From Eledone cirrhosa (taxonomy: Eukaryota): a stretch of 64,000 nucleotides of DNA. The position numbers and the translations under genes were made by a program. Of this stretch, positions 1 through 15,500 are shown piece after piece (the stretch's first letter is position 1; every line of letters starts with the position of its first letter). The DNA lies in contig OZ024759.1 in NCBI GenBank assembly GCA_964016885.1, forward strand, positions 310,001 to 374,000, in the 5' to 3' direction. A model generated the notes under the pieces. The model was given only the letters and a program-made list of their open reading frames with translations. It was not told the origin of the DNA and searched no databases.

Positions 1-3000
1 TATATTAGTAACATGACACAGTCTATATTAGTAACATGACAAAGTCTATATTAGTAACATGACAGTCTATATTAGTAACGTGACAAAGTCTATATTAGTA
101 ACATGACAAAGTCTATATTAGTAACATGACAGTCTATATTAGTAACATGACACAGTCTATATTAGTAACATGACACGGTCTATATTAGTAACATGACAAA
201 GTCTATATTAGTAACATGACACAGTCTATATTATTAACATGACAAAGTCTATATTAGTAACACGACACAGTCTATATTAGTAACATGACAAAGTCTATAT
301 TAGTAACATGGCAAAGTCTATATTAGTAACATGACAAAGTCTATATGAGTAACATGACAAGGTGTATATTAGTAACATGACAAAGTCTATATTAGTAACA
401 TGACAAAGTCTATATTAGTAACATGACAAAGTCTATATTAGTAACATGACAGTCTATATTAGTAACATGACAGTCTATATTAGTAGCATGACAAAGTCTA
501 TATTAGTAACATGACACAGTCTATATTAGTTACATGACAAAGTCTATATTAGTACCATGACAAAGTCTATATTAGTAACATGACAAAGTCTATATTAGTA
601 ACATGACAAAGTCTATATTAGTAACATGCCAGTCTATATTAGTAACATGACAGTCCATATTAGTAGCATGACAAAGTCTATATTAGTAACATGACAAAGT
701 CTATATTAGTAACATGACACAGTCTATATTAGTAACATGACACAGTCTATATTAGTAACATGACACAGTCTATATTAGTAACATGACAAAGTCTATATTA
801 GTAACATGGCAAAGTCTATATTAGTAACATGACAAAGTCTATATGAGTAACATGACAAGGTCTATATTAGTAACATGACACAGTCTATATTAGTAACATG
901 ACAAAGTCTATATTAGTAACATGACAGTCTATATTAGTAACATGACAAAGTCTATATTAGTAACATGACAAAGTCTATATTAGTAACATGACAGTCTATA
1001 TTAGTAACATGACACAGTCTATATTAGTAACATGACACAGTCTATATTAGTAACATGACATAGACTATATTAGTAACATGACAAAGTCTATATTAGTAAC
1101 ATGACAGTCTATATTAGTAACATGTCAAAGTCTATATTAGTAACATGACACAGTCTATATTTGTAACATGACAAAGTCTCTATTAGTAACATGACAAAGT
1201 CTATATTAGTAACATGACAGTCTATATTAGTAACATGACAAAGTCTATATTAGTAACATGACAGTCTATATTAGTAACATGTCAAAGTCTATATTAGTAA
1301 CATGACACAGTCTATATTTGTAACATGACAAAGTCTCTATTAGTAACATGACAAAGTCTATATTAGTAACATGACAGTCTATATTAGTAACATGACAAAG
1401 TCTCTATTAGTAACATGACAAAGTCTATATTAGTAACATGACAAAGTCTATATTAGTAACATGACAAAGTCTATATTAGTAACATGACAAAGTCTATATT
1501 AGTAACATGACAAAGTCTATATTAGTAGCATGACACAGTCTATATTAGTAACATGACAAAGTCTATATTAGTAACATGACACAGTCTATATTAGTAACAT
1601 GACACAGTCTATATTAGTAACATGACAAAGTCTATATTAGTAACGTGACACTGTCTATATTAGTCACTTGACAAAGTCTATATTAGTAACATGACACAGT
1701 CTATATTAGTAACATGACACAGTCTATATTAGTAACATGACAAAGTCTATATTAGTAGCATGACAAAGTCTATATTAGTAACATGACAAAGTCTATATTA
1801 TTAACATGACAAAGTCTATATTAGTAACATGACACTGTCTATATTAGTAACATGACACTGTCTATATTAGTAACATGACACAGTCTATATTAGTAACATG
1901 GCAAAGTCTATATTAGTAACATGGCAAAGTCTATATTAGTAACATGACAAAGTCTATATTAGAAACATGACTAGGTCTATATTAGTAACATGACACAGTC
2001 TATATTAGTAACATGACAAAGTCTATATTAGTAACATGACAGTCTATATTAGTAACGTGACAAAGTCTATATTAGTAACATGACAAAGTCTATATTAGTA
2101 ACATGACAGTCTATATTAGTAACATGACACAGTCTATATTAGTAACATGACACGGTCTATATTAGTAACATGACAAAGTCTATATTAGTAACATGACACA
2201 GTCTATTTTATTAACATGACAAAGTCTATATTAGTAACACGACACAGTCTATATTAGTAACATGACAAAGTCTATATTAGTAACATGGCAAAGTCTATAT
2301 TAGTAACATGACAAAGTCTATATGAGTAACATGACAAGGTCTATATTAGTAACATGACAAAGTCTATATTAGTAACATGACAAAGTCTATATTAGTAACA
2401 TGACAAAGTCTATATTAGTAACATGACAGTCTATATTAGTAACATGACAGTCTATATTAGTAGCATGACAAAGTCTATATTAGTAACATGACACAGTCTA
2501 TATTAGTTACATGACAAAGTCTATATTAGTACCATGACAAAGTCTATATTAGTAACATGACAAAGTCTATATTAGTAACATGACAAAGTCTATATTAGTA
2601 ACATGCCAGTCTATATTAGTAACATGACAGTCCATATTAGTAGCATGACAAAGTCTATATTAGTAACATGACAAAGTCTATATTAGTAACATGACACAGT
2701 CTATATTAGTAACATGACACAGTCTATATTAGTAACATGACACAGTCTATATTAGTAACATGACAAAGTCTATATTAGTAACATGGCAAAGTCTATATTA
2801 GTAACATGACAAAGTCTATATGAGTAACATGACAAGGTCTATATTAGTAACATGACACAGTCTATATTAGTAACATGACAAAGTCTATATTAGTAACATG
2901 ACAGTCTATATTAGTAACATGACAAAGTCTATATTAGTAACATGACAAAGTCTATATTAGTAACATGACAGTCTATATTAGTAACATGACACAGTCTATA

Positions 3001-3230
3001 TTAGTAACATGACACAGTCTATATTAGTAACATGACATAGACTATATTAGTAACATGACAAAGTCTATATTAGTAACATGACAGTCTATATTAGTAACAT
3101 GTCAAAGTCTATATTAGTAACATGACACAGTCTATATTTGTAACATGACAAAGTCTCTATTAGTAACATGACAAAGTCTATATTAGTAACATGACAGTCT
3201 ATATTAGTAACATGACAAAGTCTCTATTAG
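1..3230. repeat. Higher-order duplication, offset 1977 bp (about 1-1250 vs about 1978-3230)
   Basis: Rare variants pair at +1977: AACGTGAC (80/2057), TATGAGT (347/2324), GACATAGAC (1061/3038), ATGTCAAAG (1125/3102). Confidence 0.9.
1090..1405. repeat. Local 157-bp (7-monomer: 5x23 + 2x21) tandem duplication
   Basis: The variant series ATGTCAAAG - TATTTGTAAC - GTCTCTATT occurs twice (T at 1125 and 1282). It occurs only once in the +1977 copy. Confidence 0.85.
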
Positions 3231-6200
3231 TAACATGACAAAGTCTATATTAGTAACATGACAGTCTATATTAGTAACATGACAAAGTCTATATTAGTAA
3301 CATGACAAAGTCTATATTAGTAACATGACAAAGTCTATATTAGTAACATGACAAAGTCTATATTAGTAGCATGACAATGTCTATATTAGTAACATGACAA
3401 AGTCTATATTAGTAACATGACACAGTCTATATTAGTAACATGACAAAGTCTATATTAGTAACATGACAAAGTCTATATTAGTAGCATGACACAGTCTATA
3501 TTAGTAACATGACACAGTCTATATTAGTAACATGACAGTCTATATTAGTAACATGACAAAGTCTATATTAGTAGCATGACAAAATCTATATTAGTAACAT
3601 GACACAGTCTATATTAGTAACATGACAGTCTATATTAGTAACATGACACAGTCTATATTAGTAACATGACAAAGTCTATATTAGTAGCATGACAAAGTCT
3701 ATATTAGTAGCATGACACAGTCTATATTAGTAACTTGACACAGTCTATATTAGTAACATGACACAGTCTATATTAGTAACATGACAAAGTCTATATTAGT
3801 AGCATGACAAAGTCTATATTAGTAACATGACAAAGTCTATATTAGTAACATGACACAGTCTATATTAGTAACATGACAAAGTCTATATTAGTAACATGAC
3901 AAAGTCTATATTAGTAACATGACACGGTCTATATTAGTAACATGACAAAGTCTATATTAGTAACGTGACACTGTCTATATTAGTCACTTGACAAAGTCTA
4001 TATTAGTAACATGACACAGTCTATATTAGTAACATGACACAGTCTATATTAGTAACATGACAAAGTCTATATTAGTAGCATGACAAAGTCTATATTAGTA
4101 ACATGACAAAGTCTATATTATTAACATGACAAAGTCTATATTAGTAACATGACACTGTCTATATTAGTAACATGACACTGTCTATATTAGTAACATGACA
4201 CAGTCTATATTAGTAACATGGCAAAGTCTATATTAGTAACATGGCAAAGTCTATATTAGTAACATGACAAAGTCTATATTAGTAACATGACTAGGTCTAT
4301 ATTAGTAACATGACACAGTCTATATTAGTAACATGACAAAGTCTATATTAGTAACATGACAGTCTATATTAGTAACATGACAAAGTCTATATTAGTAACA
4401 TGACAAAGTCTATATTAGTAACATGACAGTCTATATTAGTAACATGACACAGTCTATATTAGTAACATGACACGGTCTATATTAGTAACATGACAAAGTC
4501 TATATTAGTAACATGACACAGTCTATATTATTAACATGACAAAGTCTATATTAGTAACACGACACAGTCTATATTAGTAACATGACATAGTCTATATTAG
4601 TAACATGACATAGTCTATATTAGTAGCATGACAAAGTCTATATTAGTAACATGACAAAGTCTATATTAGTAACATGACACAGTCTATATTAGTAACATGA
4701 GAAAGTCTATATTAGTAACATGACACAGTCTATATTAGTAACATGACAAAGTCTATATTAGTAACATGACACAGTCTATATTAGTAACATGACACAGTCC
4801 ATATTAGTAACATGACAAAGTCTATATTAGTAGCATGACAAAGTCTATATTAGTAACATGACAAAGTCTATATTAGAAACATGACACAGTCTATATTAGT
4901 AACATGACAAAGTCTATATTAGTAACATGACAAAGTCTATATTAGTAACATGACAGTCTATATTAGTAGCATGACAAAGTCTATATTAGTAACATGACAC
5001 AGTCTATATTAGTAACATGACAGTCTATATTAGTAACATGACAAAGTCTATATTAGTAGCATGACAAAGTCTATATTAGTAACATGACACAGTCTATATT
5101 AGTAACATGACAAAGTCTATATTAGTAGCATGACAAAGTCTATATTAGTAACATGACAAAGTCTATATTAGTAGCATGACAAAGTCTATATTAGTAACAT
5201 GACACAGTCTATATTAGTAACATGACAAAGTCTATATTAGTAGCATGACAAAGTCTATATTAGTAACATGACAAAGTCTATATTAGTAACATGACAAAGT
5301 CTATATTAGTAACATGACAGTCTATATTAGTAACATGACAGTCCATATTAGTAGCATGACAAAGTCTATATTAGTAACATGACAAAGTCTATATTAGTAA
5401 CATGACACAGTCTATATTAGTAACATGACACAGTCTATATTAGTAACATGACACAGTCTATATTAGTAACATGACAAAGTCTATATTAGTAACATGACAG
5501 TCTATATTAGTAACATGACACAGTCTATATTAGTAACATGACACAGTCTATATTAGTAACATGACATAGACTATATTAGTAACATGACAAAGTCTATATT
5601 AGTAACATGACAGTCTATATTAGTAACATGTCAAAGTCTATATTAGTAACATGACACAGTCTATATTTGTAACATGACAAAGTCTCTATTAGTAACATGA
5701 CAAAGTCTATATTAGTAACATGACAGTCTATATTAGTAACATGACAAAGTCTCTATTAGTAACATGACAAAGTCTATATTAGTAACATGACAGTCTATAT
5801 TAGTAACATGACAAAGTCTATATTAGTAACATGACAAAGTCTATATTAGTAACATGACAAAGTCTATATTAGTAACATGACAAAGTCTATATTAGTAGCA
5901 TGACAATGTCTATATTAGTAACATGACAAAGTCTATATTAGTAACATGACACAGTCTATATTAGTAACATGACAAAGTCTATATTAGTAACATGACAAAG
6001 TCTATATTAGTAGCATGACACAGTCTATATTAGTAACATGACACAGTCTATATTAGTAACATGACAGTCTATATTAGTAACATGACAAAGTCTATATTAG
6101 TAGCATGACAAAATCTATATTAGTAACATGACACAGTCTATATTAGTAACATGACAGTCTATATTAGTAACATGACACAGTCTATATTAGTAACATGACA

Positions 6201-7680
6201 AAGTCTATATTAGTAGCATGACAAAGTCTATATTAGTAGCATGACACAGTCTATATTAGTAACTTGACACAGTCTATATTAGTAACATGACACAGTCTAT
6301 ATTAGTAACATGACAAAGTCTATATTAGTAGCATGACAAAGTCTATATTAGTAACATGACAAAGTCTATATTAGTAACATGACACAGTCTATATTAGTAA
6401 CATGACAAAGTCTATATTAGTAACATGACAAAGTCTATATTAGTAACATGACACGGTCTATATTAGTAACATGACAAAGTCTATATTAGTAACGTGACAC
6501 TGTCTATATTAGTCACTTGACAAAGTCTATATTAGTAACATGACACAGTCTATATTAGTAACATGACACAGTCTATATTAGTAACATGACAAAGTCTATA
6601 TTAGTAGCATGACAAAGTCTATATTAGTAACATGACAAAGTCTATATTATTAACATGACAAAGTCTATATTAGTAACATGACACTGTCTATATTAGTAAC
6701 ATGACACTGTCTATATTAGTAACATGACACAGTCTATATTAGTAACATGGCAAAGTCTATATTAGTAACATGGCAAAGTCTATATTAGTAACATGACAAA
6801 GTCTATATTAGTAACATGACTAGGTCTATATTAGTAACATGACACAGTCTATATTAGTAACATGACAAAGTCTATATTAGTAACATGACAGTCTATATTA
6901 GTAACATGACAAAGTCTATATTAGTAACATGACAAAGTCTATATTAGTAACATGACAGTCTATATTAGTAACATGACACAGTCTATATTAGTAACATGAC
7001 ACGGTCTATATTAGTAACATGACAAAGTCTATATTAGTAACATGACACAGTCTATATTATTAACATGACAAAGTCTATATTAGTAACACGACACAGTCTA
7101 TATTAGTAACATGACATAGTCTATATTAGTAACATGACATAGTCTATATTAGTAGCATGACAAAGTCTATATTAGTAACATGACAAAGTCTATATTAGTA
7201 ACATGACACAGTCTATATTAGTAACATGAGAAAGTCTATATTAGTAACATGACACAGTCTATATTAGTAACATGACAAAGTCTATATTAGTAACATGACA
7301 CAGTCTATATTAGTAACATGACACAGTCCATATTAGTAACATGACAAAGTCTATATTAGTAGCATGACAAAGTCTATATTAGTAACATGACAAAGTCTAT
7401 ATTAGAAACATGACACAGTCTATATTAGTAACATGACAAAGTCTATATTAGTAACATGACAAAGTCTATATTAGTAACATGACAGTCTATATTAGTAGCA
7501 TGACAAAGTCTATATTAGTAACATGACACAGTCTATATTAGTAACATGACACAGTCTATATTAGTAACATGACAAAGTCTATATTAGTAGCATGACAAAG
7601 TCTATATTAGTAACATGACACAGTCTATATTAGTAACATGACAAAGTCTATATTAGTAGCATGACAAAGTCTATATTAGT
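2960..7680. repeat. Higher-order duplication, offset 2529 bp (about 2960-5150 vs about 5490-7680)
   Basis: GACATAGAC 3038/5567, GACAAAATC 3584/6113, AGTCACTTG 3985/6514. Confidence 0.88.
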
Positions 7681-10600
7681 AACATGACAAAGTCTATATT
7701 AGTAACATGACAAAGTCTATATTAGTAACATGACAGTCTATATTAGTAACATGACAGTCCATATTAGTAGCATGACAAAGTCTATATTAGTAACATGACA
7801 AAGTCTATATTAGTAACATGACACAGTCTATATTAGTAACATGACACAGTCTATATTAGTAACATGACACAGTCTATATTAGTAACATGACACAGTCCAT
7901 ATTAGTAACATGACAAAGTCTATATTAGTAACATGACAAAGTCTATATTAGTAACATGAGAAAGTCTATATTAGTAACATGACACAGTCTATACTAGTAA
8001 CATGACAAAGTCTATATTAGTAACATGACACAGTCTATATTAGTAACATGACACAGTCCATATTAGTAACATGACAAAGTCTATATTAGTAGCATGACAA
8101 AGTCTATATTAGTAACATGACAAAGTCTATATTAGAAACATGACACAGTCTATATTAGTAACATGACAAAGTCTATATTAGTAACATGACAAAGTCTATA
8201 TTAGTAACATGACAGTCTATATTAGTAGCATGACAAAGTCTATATTAGTAACATGACACAGTCTATATTAGTAACATGACACAGTCTATATTAGTAACAT
8301 GACAAAGTCTATATTAGTAGCATGACAAAGTCTATATTAGTAACATGACACAGTCTATATTAGTAACATGACAACGTCTATATTAGTAGCATGACAAAGT
8401 CTATATTAGTAACATGACAAAGTCTATATTAGTAACATGACAAAGTCTATATTAGTAACATGACAGTCTATATTAGTAACATGACAGTCCATATTAGTAG
8501 CATGACAAAGTCTATATTAGTAACATGACAAAGTCTATATTAGTAACATGACACAGTCTATATTAGTAACATGACACAGTCTATATTAGTAACATGACAC
8601 AGTCTATATTAGTAACATGACAAAGTCTATATTAGTAACATGGCAAAGTCTATATTAGTAACATGACAAAGTCTATATTAGTAACATGACAAGGTCTATA
8701 TTAGTAACATGACACAGTCTATATTAGTAACATGACAAAGTCTATATTAGTAACATGACAGTCTATATTAGTAACATGACACAGTCTATATTAGTAACAT
8801 GACAAAGTCTATATTAGTAGCATGACAAAGTCTATATTAGTAACATGACACAGTCTATATTAGTAACATGACAAAGTCTATATTAGTAGCATGACAAAGT
8901 CTATATTAGTAACATGACAAAGTCTATATTAGTAGCATGACAAAGTCTATATTAGTAACATGACACAGTCTATATTAGTAACATGACAAAGTCTATATTA
9001 GTAGCATGACAAAGTCTATATTAGTAACATGACAAAGTCTATATTAGTAACATGACAAAGTCTATATTAGTAACATGACAGTCTATATTAGTAACATGAC
9101 AGTCCATATTAGTAGCATGACAAAGTCTATATTAGTAACATGACAAAGTCTATATTAGTAACATGACACAGTCTATATTAGTAACATGACACAGTCTATA
9201 TTAGTAACATGACACAGTCTATATTAGTAACATGACAAAGTCTATATTAGTAACATGACAGTCTATATTAGTAACATGACACAGTCTATATTAGTAACAT
9301 GACACAGTCTATATTAGTAACATGACATAGACTATATTAGTAACATGACAAAGTCTATATTAGTAACATGACAGTCTATATTAGTAACATGTCAAAGTCT
9401 ATATTAGTAACATGACACAGTCTATATTTGTAACATGACAAAGTCTCTATTAGTAACATGACAAAGTCTATATTAGTAACATGACAGTCTATATTAGTAA
9501 CATGACAAAGTCTCTATTAGTAACATGACAAAGTCTATATTAGTAACATGACAGTCTATATTAGTAACATGACAAAGTCTATATTAGTAACATGACAAAG
9601 TCTATATTAGTAACATGACAAAGTCTATATTAGTAACATGACAAAGTCTATATTAGTAGCATGACAATGTCTATATTAGTAACATGACAAAGTCTATATT
9701 AGTAACATGACAAAGTCTATATTAGTAACATGACAAAGTCTATATTAGTAGCATGACACAGTCTATATTAGTAACATGACACAGTCTATATTAGTAACAT
9801 GACAGTCTATATTAGTAACATGACAAAGTCTATATTAGTAGCATGACAAAATCTATATTAGTAACATGACACAGTCTATATTAGTAACATGACAGTCTAT
9901 ATTAGTAACATGACACAGTCTATATTAGTAACATGACAAAGTCTATATTAGTAGCATGACAAAGTCTATATTAGTAGCATGACACAGTCTATATTAGTAA
10001 CTTGACACAGTCTATATTAGTAACATGACACAGTCTATATTAGTAACATGACAAAGTCTATATTAGTAGCATGACAAAGTCTATATTAGTAACATGACAA
10101 AGTCTATATTAGTAACATGACACAGTCTATATTAGTAACATGACAAAGTCTATATTAGTAACATGACAAAGTCTATATTAGTAACATGACACGGTCTATA
10201 TTAGTAACATGACAAAGTCTATATTAGTAACGTGACACTGTCTATATTAGTCACTTGACAAAGTCTATATTAGTAACATGACACAGTCTATATTAGTAAC
10301 ATGACACAGTCTATATTAGTAACATGACAAAGTCTATATTAGTAGCATGACAAAGTCTATATTAGTAACATGACAAAGTCTATATTATTAACATGACAAA
10401 GTCTATATTAGTAACATGACACTGTCTATATTAGTAACATGACACTGTCTATATTAGTAACATGACACAGTCTATATTAGTAACATGGCAAAGTCTATAT
10501 TAGTAACATGGCAAAGTCTATATTAGTAACATGACAAAGTCTATATTAGTAACATGACTAGGTCTATATTAGTAACATGACACAGTCTATATTAGTAACA

Positions 10601-12500
10601 TGACAAAGTCTATATTAGTAACATGACAGTCTATATTAGTAACATGACAAAGTCTATATTAGTAACATGACAAAGTCTATATTAGTAACATGACAGTCTA
10701 TATTAGTAACATGACACAGTCTATATTAGTAACATGACACGGTCTATATTAGTAACATGACAAAGTCTATATTAGTAACATGACACAGTCTATATTATTA
10801 ACATGACAAAGTCTATATTAGTAACACGACACAGTCTATATTAGTAACATGACATAGTCTATATTAGTAACATGACATAGTCTATATTAGTAGCATGACA
10901 AAGTCTATATTAGTAACATGACAAAGTCTATATTAGTAACATGACACAGTCTATATTAGTAACATGAGAAAGTCTATATTAGTAACATGACACAGTCTAT
11001 ATTAGTAACATGACAAAGTCTATATTAGTAACATGACACAGTCTATATTAGTAACATGACACAGTCCATATTAGTAACATGACAAAGTCTATATTAGTAG
11101 CATGACAAAGTCTATATTAGTAACATGACAAAGTCTATATTAGAAACATGACACAGTCTATATTAGTAACATGACAAAGTCTATATTAGTAACATGACAA
11201 AGTCTATATTAGTAACATGACAGTCTATATTAGTAGCATGACAAAGTCTATATTAGTAACATGACACAGTCTATATTAGTAACATGACACAGTCTATATT
11301 AGTAACATGACAAAGTCTATATTAGTAGCATGACAAAGTCTATATTAGTAACATGACACAGTCTATATTAGTAACATGACAAAGTCTATATTAGTAGCAT
11401 GACAAAGTCTATATTAGTAACATGACAAAGTCTATATTAGTAACATGACAAAGTCTATATTAGTAACATGACAGTCTATATTAGTAACATGACAGTCCAT
11501 ATTAGTAGCATGACAAAGTCTATATTAGTAACATGACAAAGTCTATATTAGTAACATGACACAGTCTATATTAGTAACATGACACAGTCTATATTAGTAA
11601 CATGACACAGTCTATATTAGTAACATGACACAGTCCATATTAGTAACATGACAAAGTCTATATTAGTAACATGACAAAGTCTATATTAGTAACATGAGAA
11701 AGTCTATATTAGTAACATGACACAGTCTATATTAGTAACATGACAAAGTCTATATTAGTAACATGACACAGTCTATATTAGTAACATGACACAGTCCATA
11801 TTAGTAACATGACAAAGTCTATATTAGTAGCATGACAAAGTCTATATTAGTAACATGACAAAGTCTATATTAGAAACATGACACAGTCTATATTAGTAAC
11901 ATGACAAAGTCTATATTAGTAACATGACAAAGTCTATATTAGTAACATGACAGTCTATATTAGTAGCATGACAAAGTCTATATTAGTAACATGACACAGT
12001 CTATATTAGTAACATGACACAGTCTATATTAGTAACATGACAAAGTCTATATTAGTAGCATGACAAAGTCTATATTAGTAACATGACACAGTCTATATTA
12101 GTAACATGACAAAGTCTATATTAGTAGCATGACAAAGTCTATATTAGTAACATGACAAAGTCTATATTAGTAACATGACAAAGTCTATATTAGTAACATG
12201 ACAGTCTATATTAGTAACATGACAGTCCATATTAGTAGCATGACAAAGTCTATATTAGTAACATGACAAAGTCTATATTAGTAACATGACACAGTCTATA
12301 TTAGTAACATGACACAGTCTATATTAGTAACATGACACAGTCTATATTAGTAACATGACAAAGTCTATATTAGTAACATGGCAAAGTCTATATTAGTAAC
12401 ATGACAAAGTCTATATTAGTAACATGACAAGGTCTATATTAGTAACATGACACAGTCTATATTAGTAACATGACAAAGTCTATATTAGTAACATGACAGT
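5030..12500. repeat. Higher-order tandem duplication, offset 3738 bp (3761 bp before a one-monomer indel), containing an internal 730-bp duplication
   Basis: AGTCACTTG 6514/10252, ATGAGAAAG 7230/10968 and 7960/11698, ATGGCAAAG 8643/12381. GACATAGAC 5567/9328 is offset 3761 = 3738 + 23. Confidence 0.88.
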
Positions 12501-15500
12501 CTATATTAGTAACATGACAAAGTCTATATTAGTAACATGACAAAGTCTATATTAGTAACATGACAGTCTATATTAGTAACATGACACAGTCTATATTAGT
12601 AACATGACAAAGTCTATATTAGTAACATGACATAGACTATATTAGTAACATGACAAAGTCTATATTAGTAACATGACAGTCTATATTAGTACCATGACAC
12701 AGTCTATATTAGTAACATGACACAGTCTATATTAGTAACATGACAAAGTCTCTATTAGTAACATGACAAAGTCTATATTAGTAACATGACAGTCTATATT
12801 AGTAACATGACAAAGTCTCTATTAGTAACATGACAAAGTCTATATTAGTAACATGACAGTCTATATTAGTAACATGACAAAGTCTATATTAGTAACATGA
12901 CAGTCTATATTGTAACATGACACAGTCTATATTAGTAACATGACACAGTCTATATTAGTAACATGACAGTCTATATTAGTAACATGACAAAGTCTATATT
13001 AGTAGCATGACACAGTCTATATTAGTAACATGACAAAGTCTATATTAGTAACATGACAAAGTCTATATTAGTAGCATGACACAGTATATATTAGTAACAT
13101 GACACAGTCTATATTAGTAACATGACAGTCTATATTAGTAACATGACAAAGTCTATATTAGTAGCATGACAAAGTCTATATTAGTAACATGACACAGTCT
13201 ATATTAGTAACATGACAGTCTATATTAGTAACATGACACAGTCTATATTAGTAACATGACAAAGTCTATATTAGTAGCATGACAAAGTCTATATTAGTAA
13301 CATGACACAGTCTATATTAGTAACATGACAGTCTATATTAGTAACATGACACAGTCTATGTTAGTAACATGACAAAGTCTATATTAGTAGCATGACAAAG
13401 TCTATATTAGTAGCATGACACAGTCTATATTAGTAACATGACACAGTCTATATTAGTAACATGACAAAGTCTATATTAGTAACATGACACACTCTATATT
13501 AGTAACATGACAAAGTCTATATTAGTAACATGACAAAGTCTATATTAGTAACATGACACAGTCTATATTAGTAACATGACAAAGTCTATATTACTAACAT
13601 GACACTGTCTATATTAGTAACATGACAGTCTATATTAGTAACATGACACAGTCTATATTAGTAACATGACACAGTCTATATTAGTAACATGACAGTCTAT
13701 ATTAGTAACATGACACAGTCTATATTAGTAACATGACACAGTCTATATTAGTAACATGACATAGACTATATTAGTAACATGACAAAGTCTATATTAGTAA
13801 CATGACAGTCTATATTAGTAACATGTCAAAGTCTATATTAGTAACATGACACAGTCTATATTTGTAACATGACAAAGTCTCTATTAGTAACATGACAAAG
13901 TCTATATTAGTAACATGACAGTCTATATTAGTAACATGACAAAGTCTCTATTAGTAACATGACAAAGTCTATATTAGTAACATGACAGTCTATATTAGTA
14001 ACATGACAAAGTCTATATTAGTAACATGACAAAGTCTATATTAGTAACATGACAAAGTCTATATTAGTAACATGACAAAGTCTATATTAGTAGCATGACA
14101 ATGTCTATATTAGTAACATGACAAAGTCTATATTAGTAACATGACACAGTCTATATTAGTAACATGACAAAGTCTATATTAGTAACATGACAAAGTCTAT
14201 ATTAGTAGCATGACACAGTCTATATTAGTAACATGACACAGTCTATATTAGTAACATGACAGTCTATATTAGTAACATGACAAAGTCTATATTAGTAGCA
14301 TGACAAAATCTATATTAGTAACATGACACAGTCTATATTAGTAACATGACAGTCTATATTAGTAACATGACACAGTCTATATTAGTAACATGACAAAGTC
14401 TATATTAGTAGCATGACAAAGTCTATATTAGTAGCATGACACAGTCTATATTAGTAACTTGACACAGTCTATATTAGTAACATGACACAGTCTATATTAG
14501 TAACATGACAAAGTCTATATTAGTAGCATGACAAAGTCTATATTAGTAACATGACAAAGTCTATATTAGTAACATGACACAGTCTATATTAGTAACATGA
14601 CAAAGTCTATATTAGTAACATGACAAAGTCTATATTAGTAACATGACACGGTCTATATTAGTAACATGACAAAGTCTATATTAGTAACGTGACACTGTCT
14701 ATATTAGTCACTTGACAAAGTCTATATTAGTAACATGACACAGTCTATATTAGTAACATGACACAGTCTATATTAGTAACATGACAAAGTCTATATTAGT
14801 AGCATGACAAAGTCTATATTAGTAACATGACAAAGTCTATATTATTAACATGACAAAGTCTATATTAGTAACATGACACTGTCTATATTAGTAACATGAC
14901 ACTGTCTATATTAGTAACATGACACAGTCTATATTAGTAACATGGCAAAGTCTATATTAGTAACATGGCAAAGTCTATATTAGTAACATGACAAAGTCTA
15001 TATTAGTAACATGACTAGGTCTATATTAGTAACATGACACAGTCTATATTAGTAACATGACAAAGTCTATATTAGTAACATGACAGTCTATATTAGTAAC
15101 ATGACAAAGTCTATATTAGTAACATGACAAAGTCTATATTAGTAACATGACAGTCTATATTAGTAACATGACACAGTCTATATTAGTAACATGACACGGT
15201 CTATATTAGTAACATGACAAAGTCTATATTAGTAACATGACACAGTCTATATTATTAACATGACAAAGTCTATATTAGTAACACGACACAGTCTATATTA
15301 GTAACATGACATAGTCTATATTAGTAACATGACATAGTCTATATTAGTAGCATGACAAAGTCTATATTAGTAACATGACAAAGTCTATATTAGTAACATG
15401 ACACAGTCTATATTAGTAACATGAGAAAGTCTATATTAGTAACATGACACAGTCTATATTAGTAACATGACAAAGTCTATATTAGTAACATGACACAGTC

